Source: Spirochaetia bacterium
Lineage (GTDB): Bacteria; Spirochaetota; Spirochaetia; SZUA-6; Bin103
Assembly (NCBI GenBank): GCA_965203905.1
Contig: CBDBDQ010000005.1
Location: forward strand, 4,032,001 to 4,096,000
Reading direction: 5' to 3'
DNA length: 64,000 nucleotides
Under the pieces are notes generated by a model. It was not told where the DNA came from, ran no database searches, and saw only the letters and a program-made list of their open reading frames with translations. How positions within the stretch are numbered: position 1 is the first letter of the stretch; each line of letters starts with the position of its first letter. Below, in pieces: positions 55,943 through 64,000 of this stretch. Position numbers and translations under genes: made by a program.

Positions 55943-58921
55943 GTGCCCCGGCTGGCGGCCATCCTGCTGTGGTCGGCCGCCGCCGCAGCCGCCCAGACGG
56001 CACCTGAAGAACTGTTCGAGGACGGCATCGAGGCCTTCGAAGCGGGCCTCTACGAGGTAGCAGCCCGCAACTTTCGTGCGCTGCTGGACTCCGCCCCCGG
56101 GGCACGGGAGGCGGTGCCGGCTTCGTTCCTGGAGGCTCTGAGCCGCTTCTACGCCGCCACCGGCACCGGCGACGCGGAGGCCGCAGCGGCCGCCGCCGCA
56201 CGCTTCGCCGCGCACCAGCGCCAGTTTCCCGACACGCCCTACGGTGACCAGATCTGGTACTGGATCGGCGCGGCCCGCCTGGCGGCGGGCGACGCGGAAG
56301 GCGCGCTCGACGCCTTGCAGCAACATCTGAGCGCGCCCGATGCGGACTCGCGGAAGTACCTGCTGCTGGCGCGTGAAGCCGAGGCCCGCGCGCTGGAGCA
56401 GCTCGGCCGCGGGGTGGAGGCGCTGGAGCGTTACGAGGGGCTGCTCGCCGCGGCCGACACCTCCCCCGATCCCGCGGCGGGACCCCGTTGGCTGGAGCGC
56501 TCCGGCATGTTGCTGCTCGCCCAGGGCAGGTACGCGGCCGCGGCAGAGCGCTTCCGGCGCATCTTCACCGATCATCCGCAATCGCCGCAGGCGCAGGAGG
56601 CGCTGTTCTTCGTCGCCGAGGCGCAGTATTTCGCACAGGACCTCCCCGCCGCCACGGCCGGTTACCGGCGGTACCTGGAGTTCTTTCCCGACGCCGCCTA
56701 CCGCCATACCGCCAGCTTTCGCCTGGCCCGCCTGCTGCTGGATGCCGGTGACCTGGCCGGTGCGCGCCGCTTGACGGAGTCGCTGGCGGCAGGACTTCGC
56801 GCATCCGATGCCGCGCGTGTCCCCGGGGCCGCACCGGGCCCCGCTGATGACCGCGCGGCGATGGCGCTGCTGAGCGGTGACGTCGCCGCGGCCGGCGCCG
56901 ACTGGCGGGCAGCCGTCAGCTCCTACGAGGAGGGGCTGGAGGTGGCCGCAGCCCCCTACCAGCGTCAGGTGCTGGCGATGAACCTGGCCTTGGCCCAGGT
57001 GGAGATCGGTGTTCCGCTGCAGGCGATCGTGAACTTCGAGGAGGCCGCTGCCGGACCCGACTCCTCGATCGCCGAAAGCGCGCACTACAACCGGGCGCTG
57101 CTGCTGGTCGGCGAAGGGCAGCCGGCGGCCGCCGCAATGGCGCTGAATCGGTTCCTGGAACGCTTCCCCGACAGCGAGCATCGGGCGGCTGCCGAGGCTC
57201 TGCTGCTGGACGTGCAGGAGCGTGCGGGCAACCACCGGGGGATGCTCCAGACCCTGGACCGGATGGCCGCCCGGCGCCGCCTGACGCCGCAGGAACAGCA
57301 GCGGCGCGGGACCGCACTGTTGTGGCTGGGGGACGACATTGCCGCGCTCGAGACGCTCGCCCGCAGTAGCGAGGAGCTGCCCCCCGCGGGGCGCGCGGAG
57401 AGCCAGTACCGGATCGGCGCCGTGTATGCGCGGCGCGGAGAGCATGCGCGCGCGGCCCCCTTCTTCAGCGCGGCCCTCGGCGAGGCCGGCGGCAACGACG
57501 AGCTGCGCCAGCGGGCCGGATACGCGCTGGCCGTGACCCACTTCAACACCGGGGAATACGCTCTGGCGTTGGCTCTGCTGGAGGAAGTGACCGACAGCGC
57601 CGAGGGGAGGTGGCTGGCGGACGGCCGCTTCGCCCAGGGGGCGGCGCTGTACCGCCTGGGACGCTCGCGCGAGGCCGCCGAGCACTTCGGACTGGCGGCG
57701 GCGGCCTACGCCGTTCCTCACCCGCCGGAGCGCTCGCGGGAGGACGCGGGAGCGACCGAGGCGGCGCGCGGCTGGCAGGCGCTGGCGCTGTTTCGGGCCG
57801 GCGACTGGGAACCGGCGCGCAGCGTGTTTCGGGAGCTGGCGCGGTCGGCGGCTGCCGACCAGGGCCTGTACTGGTACCGTGCCGGATTGGCATCGGGGCT
57901 GCTGCACGACTTTGCCGCGGCGGAACGGGAGTTGCTGTCCGCGCTGGTGGCGGTGCCCGACGCGGACTCGCTGCGGCCGGCGATCCACTACGAGCTGGCA
58001 CGCCTGCACCTCACGGCCGGCGAGTTGGAGACCGCCGCCGAATGGCTGCAACGCCTGGAGACGGCGTTCCCCGAGCATCGGCTCACCGCCATCGGCCGCT
58101 TGCGGCGGGCCGATACCCTGCGCGACCTGGGACGCCTGCGGGAGGCTGCCGACGCCTATCTCGCCAGCGCGGCGCACAGCGGCGGACAGCGGGAGGATTG
58201 GGCCTCCGGCGTGGCGGAGCTGGCGCGCTACTCGGTCCTGGAGGTGCTGGCGGAGCTGGCGGACGTGACCGGCGTGCTGGAGGCGGCCTGGGGCTATCTG
58301 CTGCACCACCCCTCCGGATCGCGTGCGGAGCAGGTGGCGGCGCGGTTGCAGGCGGCCCTGGCGGCGACAGACGCGGACACCGTGCAGGAGTACTATCGGC
58401 GCGCGACCGCGGTGACGGCAGCCGCGGAGGTGCCCGCGGCGGTGGCGGCCCCGGTGCGGCTGGCCTACGCCGAGGTGCTGCTGGAGCAGGACCTGGCCGC
58501 CGCCGAACGGGTGCTGCGGGAGCAGCTCGAGGCCCCGAGCAGCGAGGACGTGCGCGCCGCCGCACTGCTGCTGTTGGGGCGCGCGTTCGAGACCGGTGGG
58601 CGCTGGGACGAAGCGCAGAGTCTCTACCGCGGCCTGGCGCTCGCGGAACGGGCGCGGGTGGCCGGCCTCGGAGCCTTGGGTGTGGCCCGCGTGCTGGCCG
58701 GCTCCGGCGACGCGGCGGCGGCGGCCGAAGAGTACGGCGCGGTGGCGGTGCGCTTCGCCGAGCAGCCCGAGGTGGCCGCCGAGGCCTGGTACCGCGGCGC
58801 GCTGGCGCATCGCGACGCCGGCGACCCGGAAGCCGTGGCGCTGTTCGTGCGCCGCCTCAGCGAACGGTTCCCGGCGTCGAGCTGGGCGCGGCGCGCGGCC
58901 GAGGAGTTTTCAGCGAGCTGA
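55943..58921 (+). CDS. Exported tetratricopeptide-repeat protein (CpoB/BamD-like repeats)
   Basis: Signal peptide from GTG 55943 (PRLAAILLWSAAAAAAQ); many TPRs ending in FPD/HP.S motifs. Confidence 0.85.
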   Translation: MPRLAAILLWSAAAAAAQTAPEELFEDGIEAFEAGLYEVAARNFRALLDSAPGAREAVPASFLEALSRFYAATGTGDAEAAAAAAARFAAHQRQFPDTPYGDQIWYWIGAARLAAGDAEGALDALQQHLSAPDADSRKYLLLAREAEARALEQLGRGVEALERYEGLLAAADTSPDPAAGPRWLERSGMLLLAQGRYAAAAERFRRIFTDHPQSPQAQEALFFVAEAQYFAQDLPAATAGYRRYLEFFPDAAYRHTASFRLARLLLDAGDLAGARRLTESLAAGLRASDAARVPGAAPGPADDRAAMALLSGDVAAAGADWRAAVSSYEEGLEVAAAPYQRQVLAMNLALAQVEIGVPLQAIVNFEEAAAGPDSSIAESAHYNRALLLVGEGQPAAAAMALNRFLERFPDSEHRAAAEALLLDVQERAGNHRGMLQTLDRMAARRRLTPQEQQRRGTALLWLGDDIAALETLARSSEELPPAGRAESQYRIGAVYARRGEHARAAPFFSAALGEAGGNDELRQRAGYALAVTHFNTGEYALALALLEEVTDSAEGRWLADGRFAQGAALYRLGRSREAAEHFGLAAAAYAVPHPPERSREDAGATEAARGWQALALFRAGDWEPARSVFRELARSAAADQGLYWYRAGLASGLLHDFAAAERELLSALVAVPDADSLRPAIHYELARLHLTAGELETAAEWLQRLETAFPEHRLTAIGRLRRADTLRDLGRLREAADAYLASAAHSGGQREDWASGVAELARYSVLEVLAELADVTGVLEAAWGYLLHHPSGSRAEQVAARLQAALAATDADTVQEYYRRATAVTAAAEVPAAVAAPVRLAYAEVLLEQDLAAAERVLREQLEAPSSEDVRAAALLLLGRAFETGGRWDEAQSLYRGLALAERARVAGLGALGVARVLAGSGDAAAAAEEYGAVAVRFAEQPEVAAEAWYRGALAHRDAGDPEAVALFVRRLSERFPASSWARRAAEEFSAS

Positions 58922-58935
58922 AGGGTCGGCTGCGA

Positions 58936-60177
58936 TCAGCCGGCGGGGGCGCGCAGCAGTGCGGCGCGCAGTGCGCGCCGCCGGCTCTCGCGTACCGGGG
59001 TGAACGGGCGGCGCCGGGCCAGCAGCGGTGCGATGGCGGGCGCCGGCCCATACAGGACGACGTTGCCCGCGGGGGTCACCAGCGGCACCAGCCGCGCCAT
59101 CAGGGTGCGCCGTGCAGCGGCGTTCAAGTCGGCATCGGGGTGCAGCAGGGCGAGATCGTGGGGCGGCGTGGTGGCGGTGTCCAGGGTGATCTCGTGGCGC
59201 AGGGTGAGCGCCGTCTCCGCCACCCCGTTGGCCGTGAGGTTGGCGCGCGTGGCGAGGAGCTGCAGGGCATCGCGGCTCGCCAGCGTAAGGCGCAGCGCGC
59301 CGCCGGTAGGCTCGGGCCGGCCCGCCGCCCAGGTTCGCGCCAGCCACACCGGCAGGTGGCCCTGACCCGGGTTCCAGGCCAGCACCGACAGTGCCGCCGC
59401 GGGCGGCGGCAGGGCGTTGCGGCGCAGCAGGGTCGCCGTGAGCTGCAGCAGGTGGCTGGGGGTGTCGAAGTCGGGCAGCCCGTACAACGTGGCGAGCGGA
59501 TAGCTGAGGCCGCCAATGGCGACATCGCCCTGGTGGCGGCGATAGGCCGTCAGCGCGGTTGCGGCCGGCGGTCGGGCGAGTGAGCGCGGCCGGCCGTGGA
59601 ACACGGCGTGGCGGTTGCCGTGGTGCTCGTGGATCAGCTCCGCGACGGCGCCCAGGCCGCGGCGTACTTCGTCAGCCAGGGGGGCCACGACCACCACGGC
59701 TATCCGCCCGCCGGGCGCGGTCGCCTCCGCGGCCGCCGCCAGCAGCCGCGCCAGCACCGGGGCGCCGGCCTTGGCGGGCAGGTTGGAAACCACCAGTTGG
59801 TGGCGCGCGGGTTCCCGCGAGCCGTCCAGATCGGTGGTGTCCACCCCACCGCGGGTCGTGCAGGCAACGCCGTTGGCCGCGGCGTTGTGGGCGGTTACGG
59901 CGAGCGCCAGGGCGTCCCGGTCGCGCGCGCTCAATGCCGCCGCGAACTGTTTCGCCAGCGCCACCCCCAGCACGCCGGCGCCACAGCCCAGATCGAGAAT
60001 CGACTGCAGGCGGCCCCGCTCCTCCGGATGCGCGGCCAACTCGCGCACCACGCTGGCGAGCAGCAGGCGCGAACCGGTGTCTACGTCGTAACTGCTGAAC
60101 AGGGACTGCGACAGCGCCAGCCGCAGGGTGTGCCCCTCGAACCGGAAGGCGACCGTCTTGTGGAGGTATTCTTTCAC
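58936..60177 (-). CDS. Class I SAM-dependent methyltransferase (MTS/RsmC-like, tandem domains)
   Basis: LFSSYDVDTGSRLLL, ILDLGCGAG, VVSNLPAKAG; degenerate second domain; GGAG RBS. Confidence 0.75.
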   Translation of the reverse strand: MKEYLHKTVAFRFEGHTLRLALSQSLFSSYDVDTGSRLLLASVVRELAAHPEERGRLQSILDLGCGAGVLGVALAKQFAAALSARDRDALALAVTAHNAAANGVACTTRGGVDTTDLDGSREPARHQLVVSNLPAKAGAPVLARLLAAAAEATAPGGRIAVVVVAPLADEVRRGLGAVAELIHEHHGNRHAVFHGRPRSLARPPAATALTAYRRHQGDVAIGGLSYPLATLYGLPDFDTPSHLLQLTATLLRRNALPPPAAALSVLAWNPGQGHLPVWLARTWAAGRPEPTGGALRLTLASRDALQLLATRANLTANGVAETALTLRHEITLDTATTPPHDLALLHPDADLNAAARRTLMARLVPLVTPAGNVVLYGPAPAIAPLLARRRPFTPVRESRRRALRAALLRAPAG

Positions 60178-60182
60178 TGCTC

Positions 60183-60743
60183 CTACGAGGAGCGCTCGAC
60201 ATACTCCCCGGTCTCGGTGTTCACCACGATGCGGTCTCCATCCTTGATGAACAGCGGTACCTTGACCTTGAGGTCGGTGACCGTGGTAGCGACCTTGGTG
60301 ACCCCCGTGGCGGTGTCGCCGCGCTCGGCGTGCGGGGCGTCCTTCACCTCCAGCGCCATCTTGATCGGCAGCTTGATGTCCAGCGGCTTCTCGTCCCACA
60401 CCACGATCTGATAGGTCTCGCCATCGAGCAGGAAGGGGAGGCGCTCCTCCAGCCCCTCGACCGGCACCGTGAACTGGTCGTAGGTCTCCTCGTTCATGAA
60501 GACGTAGCCGTCACCGTCGGTGTACAGATACTGCGAGGGAACGGTGTCGATCTCCACGTCCTCCACCGACTCCTGGCTCTTGTTCACCTGCCGCACCACC
60601 AGTCCGGTGCGGATGTTCTTGAGTTTCAGCCGCACGAATGCCGACCCCTTGCCCGGGTTGACGAATTCCCGCTCCGTCACCAGGTGAGGAGTGCCCTTTA
60701 CGAGCAGATACATGCCCTTGTCCACTGCGCCCGCTTTTACCAT
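60183..60743 (-). CDS. efp: Elongation factor P
   Basis: FVNPGKGSAFVRLKLKN, RGDTATG, VPLFIKDGD, TGEYVER. Confidence 0.96.
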   Translation of the reverse strand: MVKAGAVDKGMYLLVKGTPHLVTEREFVNPGKGSAFVRLKLKNIRTGLVVRQVNKSQESVEDVEIDTVPSQYLYTDGDGYVFMNEETYDQFTVPVEGLEERLPFLLDGETYQIVVWDEKPLDIKLPIKMALEVKDAPHAERGDTATGVTKVATTVTDLKVKVPLFIKDGDRIVVNTETGEYVERSS

Positions 60744-60760
60744 GGTTCGCGCCCACCATA

Positions 60761-61747
60761 TCAGAACAGCTCGGCGCAGGCCATGACGGGACCGATGGCG
60801 GGGAGCCCGAGCAGCAGCGCGTAGAGCCGGTCCACGCCGAGCGCCACGCCGGAGCACGCGCCCGCCGCCGCGAACGCCCGCGCCAATCCGAGGTCGGGGC
60901 GCGGCACCACCCGCGCCGCCCGCTGCCGCCGCGCCTCGCGCTCCAGCAGGGAGCGCAGCGCCGCCGCGTCGGTCTCCTCCTGGAAGCAGTTGGCCACCTC
61001 GATGCCGGCCAGGTACAGCTCCCAGCGCATGGCGTGGACGCCGTCAGCGTGCGTTGCCGCCAGGGTCGGAATCCGCGCCGGGTAGTCGAGCACCGCCAGC
61101 GGGCGGTCGCGGGCGATCCGCGGCTCGATGCAGGTCAGAAAGATGCGGTTGAAGAGCTGCTCCCAGGTGTCACCCGCGGTGGCGGGCAGCTCCAGCCGGC
61201 GCGCGACCGCCCGCAGCCCCGCGGCCGACGCCTGCGCCGGATCGAGTCCCAGTTCGTCCTGCCACAGGCGCGCCATCGACACCTGCTGCAGGGGTGGGCG
61301 CGTGGCCGGCGCGCCGCGCACCCCCAGCACCTCGACTTCGGCGTGCAGGGCGGCCAGGAGCCGCTCGGTGCGGGCCAGCGAGTCGTGGTAGCTCTCGCCG
61401 GCGGCGTACCACTCCAGCATGGTGAACTCGTGGCGGTGGAACGGCCCCTGCTCCTCCACGTTGCGGAAGCAGTGCGCCAGTTGGTACACCCGCGGCATCC
61501 CGGCCGCCACCAGCCGCTTCATCCACAGCTCCGGCGACGGCGTCAGCCAGAGCGGCCGCGAACTGCCGTCGGCATGCCGCTGCTCGCTCGCGAACACGTC
61601 GATGGAGGGCTCCGGAATCAGCCACGGCGCCAGCAGCGGCGTCTCCACCTCGACGAAGCCCGCCTCCTCGAAGAACGCCCGCACGCGCCGGTTCAGCCGC
61701 GCTCGGCACCGCAGCAGGGACAGACCGTCGTGACCGTGTTCCTTCAT
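60761..61747 (-). CDS. epmA: EF-P beta-lysine ligase EpmA (GenX/PoxA)
   Basis: FVEVETPLL, LTPSPELWMKRL, FRNVE...HRHEFTMLEWY, RWELYLAGIEVANCF, GVALGVDRL; no anticodon-binding domain; adjacent to efp. Confidence 0.9.
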   Translation of the reverse strand: MKEHGHDGLSLLRCRARLNRRVRAFFEEAGFVEVETPLLAPWLIPEPSIDVFASEQRHADGSSRPLWLTPSPELWMKRLVAAGMPRVYQLAHCFRNVEEQGPFHRHEFTMLEWYAAGESYHDSLARTERLLAALHAEVEVLGVRGAPATRPPLQQVSMARLWQDELGLDPAQASAAGLRAVARRLELPATAGDTWEQLFNRIFLTCIEPRIARDRPLAVLDYPARIPTLAATHADGVHAMRWELYLAGIEVANCFQEETDAAALRSLLEREARRQRAARVVPRPDLGLARAFAAAGACSGVALGVDRLYALLLGLPAIGPVMACAELF

Positions 61748-61749
61748 CT

Positions 61750-61938
61750 TCAGGTAGAAGGCAGGAGCTGCAGCAGACCCTGCTCGATCAGGGTCCGGAA
61801 GTGCAGCACCGTGGTCGCCGCCAGCGTGCGATCGCGCGCCAGGAGTCCCAGCTCGATGTTGCGATCGAACGCCGCCTCGGTCAGGTTCGCGGACGTGATG
61901 AACACCGCCTCGTCGTCTGCCACCACCGCCTTGGCGTG
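61750..61938 (-). pseudogene. C-terminal fragment of a phospholipase D-family nuclease (DISARM DrmC-like)
   Basis: HAKAVVAD (HxKxxxxD), FITSANLTEAAFDRNIELGLL; N-terminal part absent. Confidence 0.7.
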
Positions 61939-61949
61939 CGATTCTTGCT

Positions 61950-62117
61950 GCCGTAGCGGGTGGTCCACTCGGCGTCGTATGTCGGAGAGCCGGGCGGCAG
62001 GCTCTCGGCGAACTCCTTCCTGACCCGCTCGGCATCCTGCTTCGCCGCGTCCAGCGCCGCCTGGAGCTCGGCGGCACTAAGCTCATCCTGCCACGCATAC
62101 ACGCTCGGCCAGCTCAT
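61950..62117 (-). pseudogene. N-terminal fragment of an unknown gene, joined out of frame to the PLD fragment
   Basis: GAGGA RBS before ATG 62117; MSWPSVYAWQDELSAAELQAALDAAKQDAERVRKEF... Confidence 0.35.
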
Positions 62118-62205
62118 GTTCCTCAGCCTACCGGGCTATGCCGTTCCTCTCAAGCTCAGATGGCGCGTTCGTTCTTCTTGGCTGTCTTGTCCGGTGTTCG
62201 TGGAA

Positions 62206-62496
62206 TCATCGCCAAGCCCGTATACACGCTTGGAGTCGTCGTCCGTTCAAGGCCCCGCGCGCGTCCCTCAGGCGAGACATTTGTGGATCGGATAGCGGTC
62301 TGGGGCGCCCGGTAACGGTGACGACGTAGACAGCCCAGTTATCGACCTTAGTGCCGACAAGCCGTCTGCGAAGGTCCGCAATGGCGGCGTCTGCCGCTTC
62401 GCCGGGGTAGTCGCGTCTGTCGAAGTCGTCACCGTCAAGATCGAGCACCACCGAGAACACGAAAGTCAGTCGGTCCTCGCTGCCGTATCGGCTCAC
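62206..62496 (-). CDS. Hypothetical protein or gene fragment
   Basis: Globular-looking stretch (RLTFVFSVVLDLDGDDFD...NWAVYVVTVTG) in lower-GC DNA. Confidence 0.3.
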   Translation of the reverse strand: MSRYGSEDRLTFVFSVVLDLDGDDFDRRDYPGEAADAAIADLRRRLVGTKVDNWAVYVVTVTGRPRPLSDPQMSRLRDARGALNGRRLQACIRAWR

Positions 62497-62499
62497 GGT

Positions 62500-63459
62500 C
62501 GCGCGGCGGATGAAGGGCAGTTTCCTCGATCAGATGGTGCAAACCCTCAAGCACGAAGCGCTCGATCTCGGAAACGAACGTCCAGGGATGCACCTTCGTA
62601 ATCCCTGCTACGGTATTGATCGCTATAGGTAGTCCCTGCTCCCTGCGCCAGCGCAGGACTCGGCTTGTCACGCCGAGAATCCGCAAGAGGTCGCTCTTCG
62701 CTCGAGTTCCGCGGCTGTGGCAATCCTCTCCGCCATGACCCAGACGGTTTGCAGTCCATCTATTACGGTCTCTTCGGTCGCCGACGCGATCGTATCTTCG
62801 ATGCGCTGCAGGAGCTCGCTGCGTCGCTCCGGAACCAAGTGTACGTAGGCGCTTTCAAGGCGGAGAGCTGCAACCCATGTTCCGGCAACTCGCGCTACGC
62901 GCTCCAAGGCATCTCGCGTGTCGCCTCCATCGATCGGGTTGAATGAAGGGGAGATCACCGCCACGAGGGTATCCACCAAGTCCGAGAATCTCTGCCTGAG
63001 TGCCTCGGTAATCGACCCTATTGGGTCGGGGTCGTGCGCGTCCTTGATGTGTTTTTTGTCGGCGTCCCACCATGCTACAAGGGCGATGCACGATCGTATC
63101 GGCTTCTTCGGAGGACCACGTAGCAGTTCCGCTGGCTCCGACAATCTCATTGCAAGGAGTGTGACCGCCATCCACCTCGACACTAATCGACTTACGTCCG
63201 GCCTGCACGGGGAGCCGCGCGTTGAGAACCCACTTCTCGAATATCGATACCGGATCATGCCGCGCCGGTGAGGTAGCGTCAGGAACCCGAATCGAAAAAA
63301 GTCCGTGTCCGACGGCATCTCTGCATCGTCCAAGCGATCCCACAGAGCATCGGCGAATTGGTCCGTCCACTGACCGAGAAGCCCCCACTCGTGTAGCTTT
63401 CGAAGCGTAAGCACTGCCCAGGTTACCGAATCCTGCCGCCATCCTGTGAATTCCCCCAC
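62500..63459 (-). pseudogene. Frameshifted fragments of a large helical protein, possibly the C-terminal region of a Dsr1-like SIR2 defence protein
   Basis: Protein-like segments spread over different frames (LRKLHEWGLL...ALWDRLD...TDFFRFGFLTLPH; RWRREQGL...FVLEGLHHLIEET); family call is from recollection only. Confidence 0.4.
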
Positions 63460-63498
63460 CTGGTGTCAACCACGCGACATGCGAGCGCCGGCAACGGC

Positions 63499-63527
63499 TT
63501 GACACACCCCGACGTGTCCTTTAGGTT
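63499..63527 (+). promoter_or_regulatory. Sigma70 promoter with internal palindrome
   Basis: TTGACA-17 bp-TAGGTT; GACAC...GTGTC inverted repeat overlaps the -35 box and spacer. Confidence 0.6.
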
Positions 63528-63539
63528 GTGGCATTATTC

Positions 63540-64000
63540 ATGGCGAAGTTCATCGTCCGTCGCGTTCTGTACATGATTCCCACGCTGATTGCAGTGTCCA
63601 TGCTGTCGTTCCTGATCATACAGGCGCCGGCCGGGGATTACGCCGATACCTACGTCGAGGGGCTGCGGCGGCTGGGTCAGGTCATGGAACAGGGCCAGAT
63701 AGATGCGCTTCGTGATCTCTACGGCTTGAACGACCCGATACATGTTCAGTACCTGAAGTGGGCCTCAGCCCTCCTCCGCGGCGATCTTGGGCGGTCGTTT
63801 GCCTGGAACCAGCCGGTCAAGACCCTGTTATTGGAACGCCTGCCGTGGACGATCTTGATCTCGTTGTGCTCCTTGCTGGTCGTGTACATGATCGCCATTC
63901 CGATCGGCACGGCCTCTGCAGTCAATCAATATTCGGTTCAGGACTACGTCTTTACAACCATCGGCTTCATCGGATTGGCGGTGCCAAACTTCCTCTTTGC
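63540..64000 (+). CDS. Peptide/nickel-type ABC transporter permease (DppB/OppB family), truncated by window edge
   Basis: MAKFIVRRVLYMIPTLIAVSMLSFLIIQAPAGD...YGLNDPIHVQYLKW...GDLGRSF...IGLAVPNF. Confidence 0.9.
   Translation, partial: MAKFIVRRVLYMIPTLIAVSMLSFLIIQAPAGDYADTYVEGLRRLGQVMEQGQIDALRDLYGLNDPIHVQYLKWASALLRGDLGRSFAWNQPVKTLLLERLPWTILISLCSLLVVYMIAIPIGTASAVNQYSVQDYVFTTIGFIGLAVPNFLF

Noticed and set aside
61748-62098. Long N-terminal extension of EpmA in the ORF track
   Set aside because: It reads through PLD-fragment DNA in a non-coding frame; EpmA similarity starts near ATG 61747.

Overview
A GC-rich (roughly 70% by eye) chromosomal window, most likely from a Spirochaetota bacterium. 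The gene orders rplU-prp-rpmA-obg-nadD-LCP-rsfS-spoVG-rplY-pth-tilS-ftsH and prfB-PEGA-ftsY-hyp-lolC/D/E match spirochaete synteny as I recall it. Positions 1-16 kb form an accessory region: ParDE toxin-antitoxin pair, GH127, four PhyH-type dioxygenases, two Gfo/Idh/MocA oxidoreductases, a Zn-dehydrogenase and lipoproteins. Positions 16-61.7 kb are mostly housekeeping genes plus three tRNAs (Gln-TTG, Asp-GTC, Pro-CGG). Positions 61.7-63.5 kb look like a decayed defence-island remnant, followed by an ABC permease. The best candidate for an undescribed system is a ~2.1-kb dispersed element present twice (9807-11914 and 31277-33345). It encodes only a ~520-530 aa protein (conserved N-terminal domain, variable linker, C-terminal Zn/HNH nuclease) and carries ~420 bp of conserved upstream non-coding DNA. 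I saw no transposase, terminal inverted repeats or target-site duplication in it. Also notable are a 4-unit 54-bp palindromic array after tRNA-Pro, a 160-bp MITE, a hyper-acidic orphan protein divergent from spoVG, a non-canonical prfB frameshift site, a uORF overlapping clpC and several apparently leaderless genes. All calls come from reading motifs by eye; no database searches were run.
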